DNA of 64,000 nucleotides from a virus. Of this stretch, positions 31,039-39,714 are shown in pieces (the first letter of the stretch is position 1; each line of letters opens with the position of its first letter). Both the position numbers and the translations under genes were made by a program. The notes beneath the pieces are model-generated. The model made no database searches, was not told where the DNA came from, and saw only the letters and a program-made list of their open reading frames with translations. The stretch lies in IMG/VR virus record IMGVR_UViG_3300032087_006189; one strand, 5' to 3'.

Positions 31039-31067
31039 AAGGGGGCCTTTCGGGGCCCCCTTCTTTT
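31039..31067 (+). terminator. Intrinsic terminator, probably bidirectional
   Basis: aagggggcc...ggcccccttctttt between convergent genes. Confidence 0.75.
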
Positions 31068-31443
31068 AGCCCCCAAAGATGAAAGCTTCCTTCGGGTGCC
31101 CCGCTTCTTCCTTCGCGGCCTCTGCGGCCTTGAACTCGATCTCCCGGAGTTCGGCCTGCTGTGCGCGCTCTTCTTCGGCCTGGGCACGGATGGTATCGAT
31201 CTCCTGTGACCGGGCGTCGATTGCCTCATCTGTGAGGACATCGCCGTCCACCAGCAGGGAGCGGATGGACGCAAGCGTGGTGTCGTGTGACTCCACCGCC
31301 TGTCCTATCACGGCGTCGTTGTCGAACAGACGACGGACTTCCATGATGAGAAGATCAATCCCTTCAGACTGAATCTTCTCCATCGTAGCGATTCTTTGCT
31401 CGAGCTCTTCTACTCTGGCTTCGAGTCTTTCAGTACGGGTCAT
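31066..31443 (-). CDS. Acidic coiled-coil hypothetical protein
   Basis: 125-aa ORF. Confidence 0.65.
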   Translation of the reverse strand: MTRTERLEARVEELEQRIATMEKIQSEGIDLLIMEVRRLFDNDAVIGQAVESHDTTLASIRSLLVDGDVLTDEAIDARSQEIDTIRAQAEEERAQQAELREIEFKAAEAAKEEAGHPKEAFIFGG

Positions 31444-31709
31444 CAGTCAATTTCCTCGCTAAGAATGGTACGGACTTCCTTCTCCATCTCGGCAACGCCG
31501 TCCTCCAGTTCCTCTACAATCTCCTCGATGAGATCGGTCGAAACTGGTGCGCCTTCGCACGAGATCTGGGCCAAAGGCTCAGGAACCCCATCACGAGGCA
31601 AGAACCGCGTGCGGAGAATCTGAGCAAGGGTAGACTGCACTGCAGCCCGCCCCTTCAGCTCCTTCACCTCTGTAATCACGGACCCCACAGTCTTCGATGC
31701 TGCTGGCAT
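31443..31709 (-). CDS. Hypothetical protein
   Basis: ORF-track frame 31443-31787; start uncertain (MPAASK at 31709 fits an upstream -10-like site). Confidence 0.55.
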   Translation of the reverse strand: MPAASKTVGSVITEVKELKGRAAVQSTLAQILRTRFLPRDGVPEPLAQISCEGAPVSTDLIEEIVEELEDGVAEMEKEVRTILSEEID

Positions 31710-31849
31710 GAAAAAACTCCTTTTTTCTGCCATAACACTATCGTGAAGAAACTGAGAAGTCTCCGGAGAAATCGAGGAAGTACTCACCGCACCCAGGGCG
31801 TACTGGACTGTCCGGGAAAGCTGGGTGTGCTTCTTTTGTTAAGTAATGC

Positions 31850-32401
31850 CTACCGACGTTTCCGCATGGCTGACAGGGACAGTCTAATGCTGTCCTTAAT
31901 GTCTTCGGGTGAAAAGCCGGCACCGAGACCGGCAATCCCGAGAGTCCTTCCTTTCCTACCCTTGAGATTAGGTCTATTCTTCACCGCCCCCTTGATCCCG
32001 CTAATAGTTAGTTTACTGCCAAAACCAGGTGTACTCTTCGGCGCTGCTGCGCCCTTCACCCACTTCTGGTTGTCCTTGTCCTTGGTCTTCTTCGGGCTCC
32101 ACTTGGCCTTGTCGGCCCAGTAGGCTGCGGACATCTTGCCTCGTGCGATGTTCTTTCGGTGACGGGACTTGAAGGCTTCGCGCTGACCGGCAGTCTGGTT
32201 CGTCTTGACGCCCTGCTGCCCGAAGCGGATGGTCTTCACCCGATCCCCCTCTTTAGCCACCACAATGTGCGACTTCGTGGGGTGTCCGGGGGTGCGCTTC
32301 ACCTGGTTGTATCCAGAGACCCCTGCTCGAGCGAGGCGAGGATCTTTGGACTGGGCGGCTTCTTTTTCCATCAAGAACTGCCGAAGAGCTTTGTAGTTCA
32401 T
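31850..32401 (-). CDS. K-x-A-A-linked modular basic protein (RFG...FKSRH...AYW phage domain)
   Basis: Leader MNYKALRQFLMEKEAA; domain TIRFGQQG...AFKSRH...SAAYWADKAKW; second linker KGAAA. Confidence 0.7.
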   Translation of the reverse strand: MNYKALRQFLMEKEAAQSKDPRLARAGVSGYNQVKRTPGHPTKSHIVVAKEGDRVKTIRFGQQGVKTNQTAGQREAFKSRHRKNIARGKMSAAYWADKAKWSPKKTKDKDNQKWVKGAAAPKSTPGFGSKLTISGIKGAVKNRPNLKGRKGRTLGIAGLGAGFSPEDIKDSIRLSLSAMRKRR

Positions 32402-33963
32402 TTCTTCGCCTTCAAGCTGGTGCCCTTGGCAAGCCCGTGGGAGCTGTACTGCTGGCCCTTGCGCGTTGCCTCTGACTTCTTTCGAGACGCGGCAGCAAGG
32501 CTCTTGCGTCCAGATTCGGTTTTCTTGAGTCTATCAGCCTTTCTTTCTGGGAGGTAGACCCCTTTACCCCCCGGACCTGGCTTGTCTCCACCCGACCAGT
32601 TCCACTTTTGCTTGGTCCACTTCTTCAGCGAGTTGTTCTTCGAAGTGGGCTTGGCGCCGGAGTAGCCGCCGCCCTTCTTCTTGTAGATCTGAGTCGCCAG
32701 CTGCATTGCGCGAGCAGAGTGCTTGCCGCCCATCTTGTTCTTGGCTTCGCGCTTCGCGGCTTCCCACTTGACTGGGTCGGTCTTGGTGGCGGTCGCAGCA
32801 GCCTCTTTGCCAATTCCATAATGGGAAGGAGGATGTACGGACCACTGTCGATAGTCGGGCATAGAGCGACCGCTTTCCAGTTTGACTGTAGGCAGGGCCT
32901 TCATGGTCTTCAGGGTCTCTCTTCGATACTTTCTTTTTTGCTGACTTGTCAGGCCCTTATTGTGGGAAAGGAACTCTTGGTTCTTCTTTCTGCCGGTGTC
33001 GAAGATGTCGTTGAACGCCGCAGACTCTTTGATCAAGTCTCCATCGGGGTGCTTGCGAACCTTGCCGGAGGCGATCAACGACTTGATTGCGGACTGCAAA
33101 TCGTCTTCCTTGACTCGCTTTTTGAGTGCGCCCATCCCTGCTGCGCCACCCTCAACACTGAGCGCCTTCAGGACTTGCGACTCGGTGGAGGCTGCCTGCT
33201 TTCGCATGCGGAGCTTCTTCTTGATGATGCCGGCTTGGATCTTGTCTGGAAGCTGAGACTGCTTGCCCTTGAGCGCAGGGTGCTTGTCCATGGACTTTGA
33301 GAAGGTTGCCGCAGATTCTTTGTCCATGAGCTCGTCCACGGGGCGGAAGAGGTAATCTTCTGCCATATCTCGTGAAAGCTGTTTCATTAGGGCGGGGTTT
33401 GCGAGTCTTCGCTTCTGGGCTGCCAAAGCCCTTTGATGCATCTGCTCGCCCCGCTCTCCACGCAGATCTTTATTCACCTTGTGCCCAGTAATGGCCCCCA
33501 GAAGTGCTCCAGCAGATCCAGTGACTGCCGGTGCATACCGCATCTTAGGGATGTACGACAGGGGGTACCCGAGACCGACCCCAAGAAGCCCTCCTCCAAG
33601 GATTCCAAGAGGCACCATACTGGGTGCGTGCTTTGGGTGCGTAGGATCTTTCAGTAGTCCCGCATGGATCTCTCTGGCAAGCTCATTTGGGTCATCCGTG
33701 ATGTGATCCTCTGCGATCCTGCCAGCTGCGTGGATGTCGTCGTCCTCATACTGAGACCAGTCTGCCGCCATCTTCTCTTCGTACTCACCGGGGTACGCAG
33801 TTCCCAGCGCACTGCCGAGCCCGCTGTAGGCGTTGTAGATCTTGTACTCGGCCCACGACGGAATCTGGAGCCCAGAGTCGATCTTGTCCTTGAGGTGCAG
33901 AGCTTGAGCAGCCATGCGCTCAAGAACCTTGCTCAGCATATGAGAGTCGTCGTACTCGCTCAT
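32398..33963 (-). CDS. K-x-A-A-linked polyprotein (~521 aa, about six modules including a Gly-zipper, a wHTH-like module and a C-terminal DUF5872-like module)
   Basis: The real start is ATG 33963 (ATGA overlap). Linkers are EKMAA, DKESAA, RKQAAS, IKESAA and GKEAAA. The last module reads HSARAMQLATQIYKKKGGGY...SLKKWTKQKW...YLP. Confidence 0.75.
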   Translation of the reverse strand: MSEYDDSHMLSKVLERMAAQALHLKDKIDSGLQIPSWAEYKIYNAYSGLGSALGTAYPGEYEEKMAADWSQYEDDDIHAAGRIAEDHITDDPNELAREIHAGLLKDPTHPKHAPSMVPLGILGGGLLGVGLGYPLSYIPKMRYAPAVTGSAGALLGAITGHKVNKDLRGERGEQMHQRALAAQKRRLANPALMKQLSRDMAEDYLFRPVDELMDKESAATFSKSMDKHPALKGKQSQLPDKIQAGIIKKKLRMRKQAASTESQVLKALSVEGGAAGMGALKKRVKEDDLQSAIKSLIASGKVRKHPDGDLIKESAAFNDIFDTGRKKNQEFLSHNKGLTSQQKRKYRRETLKTMKALPTVKLESGRSMPDYRQWSVHPPSHYGIGKEAAATATKTDPVKWEAAKREAKNKMGGKHSARAMQLATQIYKKKGGGYSGAKPTSKNNSLKKWTKQKWNWSGGDKPGPGGKGVYLPERKADRLKKTESGRKSLAAASRKKSEATRKGQQYSSHGLAKGTSLKAKK

Positions 33964-34469
33964 TTCTTTTCCCAGTCGAGGGACACGGAGTCCTTGGTAA
34001 TGGGGCCACCGGATGCCCAAGTATAGCAAGTACGGGCAGAATGGCACTTGAAGTGATGCATGTGGCAATAGCCGAGGTATCCGTCCTCTTGGACCATGCC
34101 GGGCATGCAGTCCTGCATTCGCGGAGAGATGTCGAAAGCCACGCAGTTCGAGCACTTCGACTTCTTGGCCACGGCAGGAGTCGTCTTCCAATGCGCGGCC
34201 AAGCGCCTCCAGTACCCTTGATCGGATAGATTCAGGGGTCCGTATTGGATGTGGTCAGCTTGGATCGACTTGTTGCGGTTCTTCGTATTGACCTTGAGAT
34301 CGCGGGTCGCAAGCGGGCACGCTGCAGCCTCTTTCGATCCACCGAGGTGGTAGCCACAGTTCGAGCACTTCTCCGCACCAGCATGGTTCATGTGCCCGCA
34401 CTTGGGACACTTGATCTTGCCGGCCGAGAGCTTGATCAGCTCAAGTGTGAATCCTGGGAGAAGTCTCAT
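33960..34469 (-). CDS. K-x-A-linked Cys-rich protein: zinc ribbon plus a Cys/His metal-binding domain
   Basis: Leader FTLELIKLSA; CPKC..CSNC; linker SKEAAA; then CSNCVAF...GYCHMHHFKC...TCYTW. Confidence 0.7.
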   Translation of the reverse strand: MRLLPGFTLELIKLSAGKIKCPKCGHMNHAGAEKCSNCGYHLGGSKEAAACPLATRDLKVNTKNRNKSIQADHIQYGPLNLSDQGYWRRLAAHWKTTPAVAKKSKCSNCVAFDISPRMQDCMPGMVQEDGYLGYCHMHHFKCHSARTCYTWASGGPITKDSVSLDWEKK

Positions 34470-37153
34470 TTTTTGTCCGTAAACTTCGTGCGATTGGTCA
34501 GGCGACTGACTGCGCGCAGATTAGCAGATCCATTGCCGCCGCCCTTGGAAATCGGCGTCTTGTGATCAGCTTCTCGAGGGTCGCCCTTCTTCAGGCCCAG
34601 TTTTCTGCGTGCCTGATTTCGCATGCTGCGGTTGGCTACTTGCTCTGGCTTTGCGTGGTACTGAGCGTACTCTCGGGCATAGTCTCTTTTGCGCTGACCG
34701 TATGGGGCTGCCGCGTATTTTGCGATTCCCTTTTCTATGAGCTCTCCTGACTCACTAAATCGCGCCGGCCGAACGATCTCCTTCATTTTTGCGCCGACGC
34801 CTGCTCCGTCCTCAAAGGGATCAAAGAGCTTTCTCAGGTCATTGGGCTCTAAGGTCTTTGCATCGATACCTCCCACTACGTTGCGGAAGTCGTGAGCACT
34901 CGGTATCGCGTGAATCTCTCCATTTACTCGGCGCATACCAACTGGACGATCTCCAAAGGCCCTTTGAATCTCTCTGTGATCGAGCTGTTGCCACGGATTA
35001 CTGGGATCGGCGTAGAACTTTTTATTCTGCACAAATCCAGCGTAGTTTGGGTTAGCTGCGTACCGCGCATTCCACTGCTTGAGGGCCTCATCTGTAGAGG
35101 GATCGTACGCTGACGGCGGCGGAGCCGCCGCACGAGAAGCTGCCGGAGGCGGTGCTGACGGCGGCGGAGCCGCCGCACGAGAAGCTGCCGGAGGCGGTGC
35201 TGACGGCGGCGGAGCCGCCGCACGCGCAGTAGAGCGTGCAGCCTTGGGAGCGGAGCCTGCAGCCGAAGTAGCAGCGTCAGCTGCTCCGGTTGCAGCACGG
35301 CGAGTTGCTTTGGGGGCTGCGGATGGGGTCAGCTTCTTGAGGAGCTTTGGTGCTTGGCTGATTCCCGCACCAAGAGTTCCTCCCAGCAAGGCTCCCTTTA
35401 GTCCTCCGTAGTCTGCACCGGAATCGTACCCCGCAGCTCCGCCGAGGATTGCTCCGATGCCCGCGCCAGCTGCGAGTGATGCGACCTTGACCCGCTCGCC
35501 GGGAGGCTTCATGTTCGGGCCCAGCACGGTCTTCACGACATGCTTTGATCCGATGTCGCCAATAACGACGTAGCCTTTTCCGCTTTTGAGGGGGACATGG
35601 TAGGTCTGCCCCTTGCGAAGATTCATCATCGGAATGCGCGCTCGAATCTTGGCGACTTCATAGGTCGCGCCTGGAGCTCGCTCTGCGATGCGGTCCTCTA
35701 CATGACCGGCTTCCTTTTCGATATCACTGGCCTGTTGGAATACTGCTCTCATTTGATTTGCCAGCTCCGTCTTTTCATCGGCTCGATCTTGAATCCACTG
35801 CTCAGTGGACTTGCCAGGATCCATGCCGAGAAATCCCTTGGGAAGAGAAGAATAGTACCGCTGCACATGAACCTTACGCTCTGCAGGCGGAAGATGGGCG
35901 TGACTCTGGTAGCGAACCCCGCGTCCGATCACCTGGTCGATCTTTGAGTTGTTCCAGTGGGGCTCAAGAACCTGAACCATCTTGGTGCCCTTGAGGTCCA
36001 GCCCCTCAGTTCCCGAACTCGAGACAAGCAGGACAGGGACCTTGCCCGAGTTGTACTCGTCTACCATCTGCGCCTTTTGCTTTGCGTTCAACTTCCCGGT
36101 CAGGGTGTTGAACTTGATCTTCTTCTTTTTTAGCGCGCGCTCGTAGGGCTTGAGCCCCGCCTCGATGTAGTTCGAGTAGACAACTCCGCGGAATCGGCGA
36201 TCTTTCTTCTTTGCCTCGTGCAGTCTGCGGGCTGCTTCCTGAATCTTGGGAGTGTGGAGCTCCTCCTCCTCTTCCGTCATAGTGTCGACATACGGCTTCG
36301 GAGAAAGCGACGCTTGCCTGCCCGCAGTCGTAAACGCATTGAGCATTCGCGACTCTTGCTTTGAGGGCGGCAACCCTGCGCGGATCTTGCGTCGCACATG
36401 CCACGGAGCGGCGCCCATCACCGCATTGTAGACTTCCTTCTGCTTTCCCGACATTGGGACATTGATGCGCTCGTCAATCTGCTCTGGGAAGTCCTCTGGG
36501 TTTGCCTCAGAATGGACATCGATCCTTCCCACGAGGGCATCGCGCAGCGCAGTGGCGTTCTGAAGGTCTTTGCGGATTCCGGGTTGAACACCTACCAACC
36601 GGTTCAACAAGCCAGGAGAAACCTTTGTCTCCCGGATAAACTTGCGCCGAAAAGACATGGTGTCGGCAGGAAGTACGGTCTCCCCTGCAGCGATGTTTGC
36701 AAGAGGCGCAATATCAAAGGGCTGGTTGTACAGCGCGGTTCCAGTCAAGAGTAGCCGCTTACCGGCCTGTTCGGACTCAGGCCTCAGCGTTCTTGTTGTC
36801 AAAGACGGGTTCCGAAGCCTGTGTGCTTCGTCGAGAACTAGAAAAGAGCCGGGCTCGATCGCTGCTCGCTCTTCCTTGGTTTTGCGGCGAACTGCTTTCT
36901 CGTAGGAGCTGATTCTGGCTTCGACCTCTCCCTTGACGTGCTTTTTGATCTCCTTTTCATAGTTCTTCGTTAGCGATGCCGGAGTGATGATCTCCATCGG
37001 AGCACCACTTCTGACACCCGCAGCAATAGAGGTCAGCGTCTTTCCAGCCCCTACGCGGTGAGCAACAATGACGCCGTCGCTGTTCTCCAGCTTGCGGAGG
37101 ACCCGCTCTTGATGCGGCTTGAGCTTGGCGGTGACTTTGGGAGATTTAGACAT
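34466..37153 (-). CDS. SNF2-like SF2 helicase fused through K-x-A linkers to small domains and a C-terminal HNH endonuclease
   Basis: Helicase motifs LKPHQ, GAGKT, LDEAH, LLTGT, GTEGLDL, EPHWN and QVIGRGVR. HNH is EADHKTPISKGGGNGSANLRAVSRLTNR. The start is probably MSKSPK at 37153. Confidence 0.85.
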   Translation of the reverse strand: MSKSPKVTAKLKPHQERVLRKLENSDGVIVAHRVGAGKTLTSIAAGVRSGAPMEIITPASLTKNYEKEIKKHVKGEVEARISSYEKAVRRKTKEERAAIEPGSFLVLDEAHRLRNPSLTTRTLRPESEQAGKRLLLTGTALYNQPFDIAPLANIAAGETVLPADTMSFRRKFIRETKVSPGLLNRLVGVQPGIRKDLQNATALRDALVGRIDVHSEANPEDFPEQIDERINVPMSGKQKEVYNAVMGAAPWHVRRKIRAGLPPSKQESRMLNAFTTAGRQASLSPKPYVDTMTEEEEELHTPKIQEAARRLHEAKKKDRRFRGVVYSNYIEAGLKPYERALKKKKIKFNTLTGKLNAKQKAQMVDEYNSGKVPVLLVSSSGTEGLDLKGTKMVQVLEPHWNNSKIDQVIGRGVRYQSHAHLPPAERKVHVQRYYSSLPKGFLGMDPGKSTEQWIQDRADEKTELANQMRAVFQQASDIEKEAGHVEDRIAERAPGATYEVAKIRARIPMMNLRKGQTYHVPLKSGKGYVVIGDIGSKHVVKTVLGPNMKPPGERVKVASLAAGAGIGAILGGAAGYDSGADYGGLKGALLGGTLGAGISQAPKLLKKLTPSAAPKATRRAATGAADAATSAAGSAPKAARSTARAAAPPPSAPPPAASRAAAPPPSAPPPAASRAAAPPPSAYDPSTDEALKQWNARYAANPNYAGFVQNKKFYADPSNPWQQLDHREIQRAFGDRPVGMRRVNGEIHAIPSAHDFRNVVGGIDAKTLEPNDLRKLFDPFEDGAGVGAKMKEIVRPARFSESGELIEKGIAKYAAAPYGQRKRDYAREYAQYHAKPEQVANRSMRNQARRKLGLKKGDPREADHKTPISKGGGNGSANLRAVSRLTNRTKFTDKK
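35109..35224. repeat. 45-bp tandem repeat (~2.6 copies) encoding an RAAAPPPSAPPPAAS linker
   Basis: gctgacggcggcggagccgccgcacgagaagctgccggaggcggt repeats exactly at 35109 and 35154 and partially at 35199. Confidence 0.9.
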
Positions 37154-39068
37154 CCAAGCCCCACAAAACCATCGCCTCTTTTTTGGCATCTTCGTAGGTA
37201 CGGGACTTGGCTGACGTCTCGCTTACGTCAGCCAGATCCGTCTTCCCTTTGAGCCTGCCGATAGTGGGGCGCTGTCCGAGAGCCTTGCCCAGGTGCTTCA
37301 CATGCGCGTTTCTATCCGACACAAGGAAGTCAGCGGGGGCCGTCATTGACCATCTGCCGCCCCGAGTGTGAGTAGCGTGACCTTGCAGGGCATACGCGGC
37401 CCCAATCAGGTTGCTGCAGGTCCACTTGTCCGTCTTTTTGATCTCCTTGCCATGGTCCAGCTTCTTGTCGAAGTACTTCGGCATGAAGATCGAGAAGCCC
37501 TTTTTGGCCAAGAACTTGTGAGACTCGTAAGGGGCTCCCACCTGCGTCTTGGCAAATGTTGCAGCCGCGCGACGAGCCTTGGTGCTGACTTTTGGACGAA
37601 CGACCACTGCCCCGTCCAAATCCCGTAGAGATCTCTTGAGAGATCGCCTTACGACGCCCCCCTGCAAAGCCTCGACTACCTGGCCCTTTCCGACGTAGAT
37701 GGCAGAGTGGGTGTAGGATCCTTGCGCAGCGGGAGAAGCCTTGCGGAAGAACTGTTCCTTCATCCGCTTGTGAAGAGGGGCACCTGAGTCCTTCGAATAC
37801 TGCTCGGGAGCCATAGCAGTGAGGATCACGTCTCCTACCTGCATGCCCTTTGAACTTGCTTCTCTGGCGGCCATCGCCTCTTTTTTGATGTCCTCGTAAG
37901 TACGGATTGATCGGAAGTTTGGAGACTTCTCCTCAATCTCTTTCCGGTACTTCAGATCATCGAAGTGAGTAGTCAGTCCCATCTTGAGATCTGGAAGCAT
38001 GGGCGTGCCTCGCTCTCGCGATCGCTTGCCCACCCGAAACATGCGAGTCGCCATTGGGGTGTCCAGGTACAGGACATCATCCGCCTGTGCCAACAGCTTA
38101 GGATACCTCAGTGCCCCTCTTGGGTATCCCTCCACAAGGACCCGCTTACCCTTTGCGCGCATCTTCAGTGCGAGAGCTTCTCTGCGGTTGCGAATCTTCT
38201 CGCGCTCGGCTTTGGGCGGCTTGACATACTGTCCGTTGACGACCCCTCCCGTGTCTGTCCCGATCAGGACATCAAACTCTCCGCTGTCGACCAGCTTCTT
38301 GGCCATCGTGCTTTTGCCCGCGCCGGCTCCACCAGTGATGAAAGTCAGTCGCGGAGCTTTGTCGGATGCCTCTTTTTTGAGCTCTCTTTGCGCCAGAATC
38401 TCAATGCCGGGGTATTTAGCGGCTACAGCTTTACGGACCTGTGATTTCTCCCCCGGAGTACCGTGCTGGGCTACTCGAGCTAGGGCATTGCGAGCATGAG
38501 ATCGGTCATGGATCGGATAACGCCTACCGGGCAGAGCGAAGTTGCCTTCGGAGATCTGATTACGTCCTCTGGTTGTTAGCTCTGCCGCTTCTTTCTTGAG
38601 CTCTCCGTAGGAGGCAGTCTTGTTCATCTGCTTGAACTGTCGAATGTGTTTGCAGTCCACGACTTCTCCCGGTTTCGCGACCGAACGCTTGTAGCGCCAG
38701 TCGTTGCAGGTGCATCCCAGCCGGTCTTTGCCGCGCAGCTTGACGATGCTGTAACTCTTGGACCCGCTCTGGACGGTGCCGACCTTCTTTCCGGTCTGCA
38801 GGCGATTCATGTTGTCCGCGTGCATGACCAGCTTGGCATCAGAGCGAGAGTCACTTCCCAGCTGCTTCACAAAGGACTTGCGCGAAGCATTGTTGAGGAA
38901 CTGGTCCCAGTCCTTCTTCTTTGCGGTGTGAAAGCTCTCGACCCGCGCACCGGCACGCTTCTTTTCTCTCGACTGAAAGAAGTTCTGAAGTCGGCCTCTG
39001 ATTCCAGAAACAAAAGAGGATGGCGAAAACTCGCCATCCTTTTCAAACTCTGGATAGAAGTGGTACAT
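37146..39068 (-). CDS. Four-module polyprotein: SWIM zinc finger, DUF6582-like domain, P-loop kinase, and permuted NlpC/P60 (YiiX/C92) amidase
   Basis: CTCNDW...CKH; NFALPGRRYPIHDRSHARNALARV; ITGGAGAGKST...VEGYPR; GDVIL...THSAIYVG...VGAPY...CSNLI. Modules are separated by KKEA[A/S/M]. Confidence 0.8.
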   Translation of the reverse strand: MYHFYPEFEKDGEFSPSSFVSGIRGRLQNFFQSREKKRAGARVESFHTAKKKDWDQFLNNASRKSFVKQLGSDSRSDAKLVMHADNMNRLQTGKKVGTVQSGSKSYSIVKLRGKDRLGCTCNDWRYKRSVAKPGEVVDCKHIRQFKQMNKTASYGELKKEAAELTTRGRNQISEGNFALPGRRYPIHDRSHARNALARVAQHGTPGEKSQVRKAVAAKYPGIEILAQRELKKEASDKAPRLTFITGGAGAGKSTMAKKLVDSGEFDVLIGTDTGGVVNGQYVKPPKAEREKIRNRREALALKMRAKGKRVLVEGYPRGALRYPKLLAQADDVLYLDTPMATRMFRVGKRSRERGTPMLPDLKMGLTTHFDDLKYRKEIEEKSPNFRSIRTYEDIKKEAMAAREASSKGMQVGDVILTAMAPEQYSKDSGAPLHKRMKEQFFRKASPAAQGSYTHSAIYVGKGQVVEALQGGVVRRSLKRSLRDLDGAVVVRPKVSTKARRAAATFAKTQVGAPYESHKFLAKKGFSIFMPKYFDKKLDHGKEIKKTDKWTCSNLIGAAYALQGHATHTRGGRWSMTAPADFLVSDRNAHVKHLGKALGQRPTIGRLKGKTDLADVSETSAKSRTYEDAKKEAMVLWGLDV

Positions 39069-39069
39069 C

Positions 39070-39714
39070 TCAGGCCGTGATGAAAGCCCGGAACCTCGAC
39101 TCGAGAGTGGAACCAGAGAGCGTATCCTTTAGGATGTTCTCCAGCGGGTAGATGGTGAGACCCTTCTTCTCTCGCGCTGTCCGGTAGTTGTAGTTCCGGC
39201 TCATCATAACAGTACGGGGATCTGTCGGGCTATACTTCGCGTAGATGTCCGCGTTGCTCCCGATTTTGCGCCACCACCAGGCCAGCTTCTCGGCGGCTTG
39301 GTTGATGGTCATGCTGTACATGATCGAGTCTCCGATCTGATCTAGCCGGTGCGCAACATGGCAATGCGGACAGACCACCATGCCGGTCTCTTGGGCGAGG
39401 TCGCCAGAGATCAAGTTGTTGCACCCCTTCTTTGTCTTGACCTTTGCTGCGGCCATCTCAAACGGCCGCACGGATGGGGCAGTCTCATTTCTGCGGCAGA
39501 TGAACATCATCTCATCACCGCCGCCATGAAGCCGCTTGCCAGATTCCCAGAAGGAGACGGAGAACACCACAGGCTTGTGCATTGATCGGTCAGACCGGAA
39601 CCAGATCTGGATCTTGTACTTCGCCTTCTTGGCACGCTCTTCGTCGGCCTTCTGGTTTTCGACTTCGATCTTTCTAGCGATCTCTGCAGTAAGACGCTCT
39701 TGATTCAACTTCAC
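39070..39714 (-). CDS. Hypothetical zinc-binding protein
   Basis: 214 aa; FIC...GC...CPHC. Confidence 0.65.
   Translation of the reverse strand: MKLNQERLTAEIARKIEVENQKADEERAKKAKYKIQIWFRSDRSMHKPVVFSVSFWESGKRLHGGGDEMMFICRRNETAPSVRPFEMAAAKVKTKKGCNNLISGDLAQETGMVVCPHCHVAHRLDQIGDSIMYSMTINQAAEKLAWWWRKIGSNADIYAKYSPTDPRTVMMSRNYNYRTAREKKGLTIYPLENILKDTLSGSTLESRFRAFITA

Noticed and set aside
33964-34191. N-terminal extension of the 597-aa ORF
   Set aside because: It overlaps the 169-aa Cys-rich gene; the ATGA coupling at 33960-33963 gives the real start.
34466-34700. HNH as a free-standing homing endonuclease or intein
   Set aside because: It is an in-frame C-terminal module after a K-x-A-A linker, with no intein splice residues or intron boundaries.
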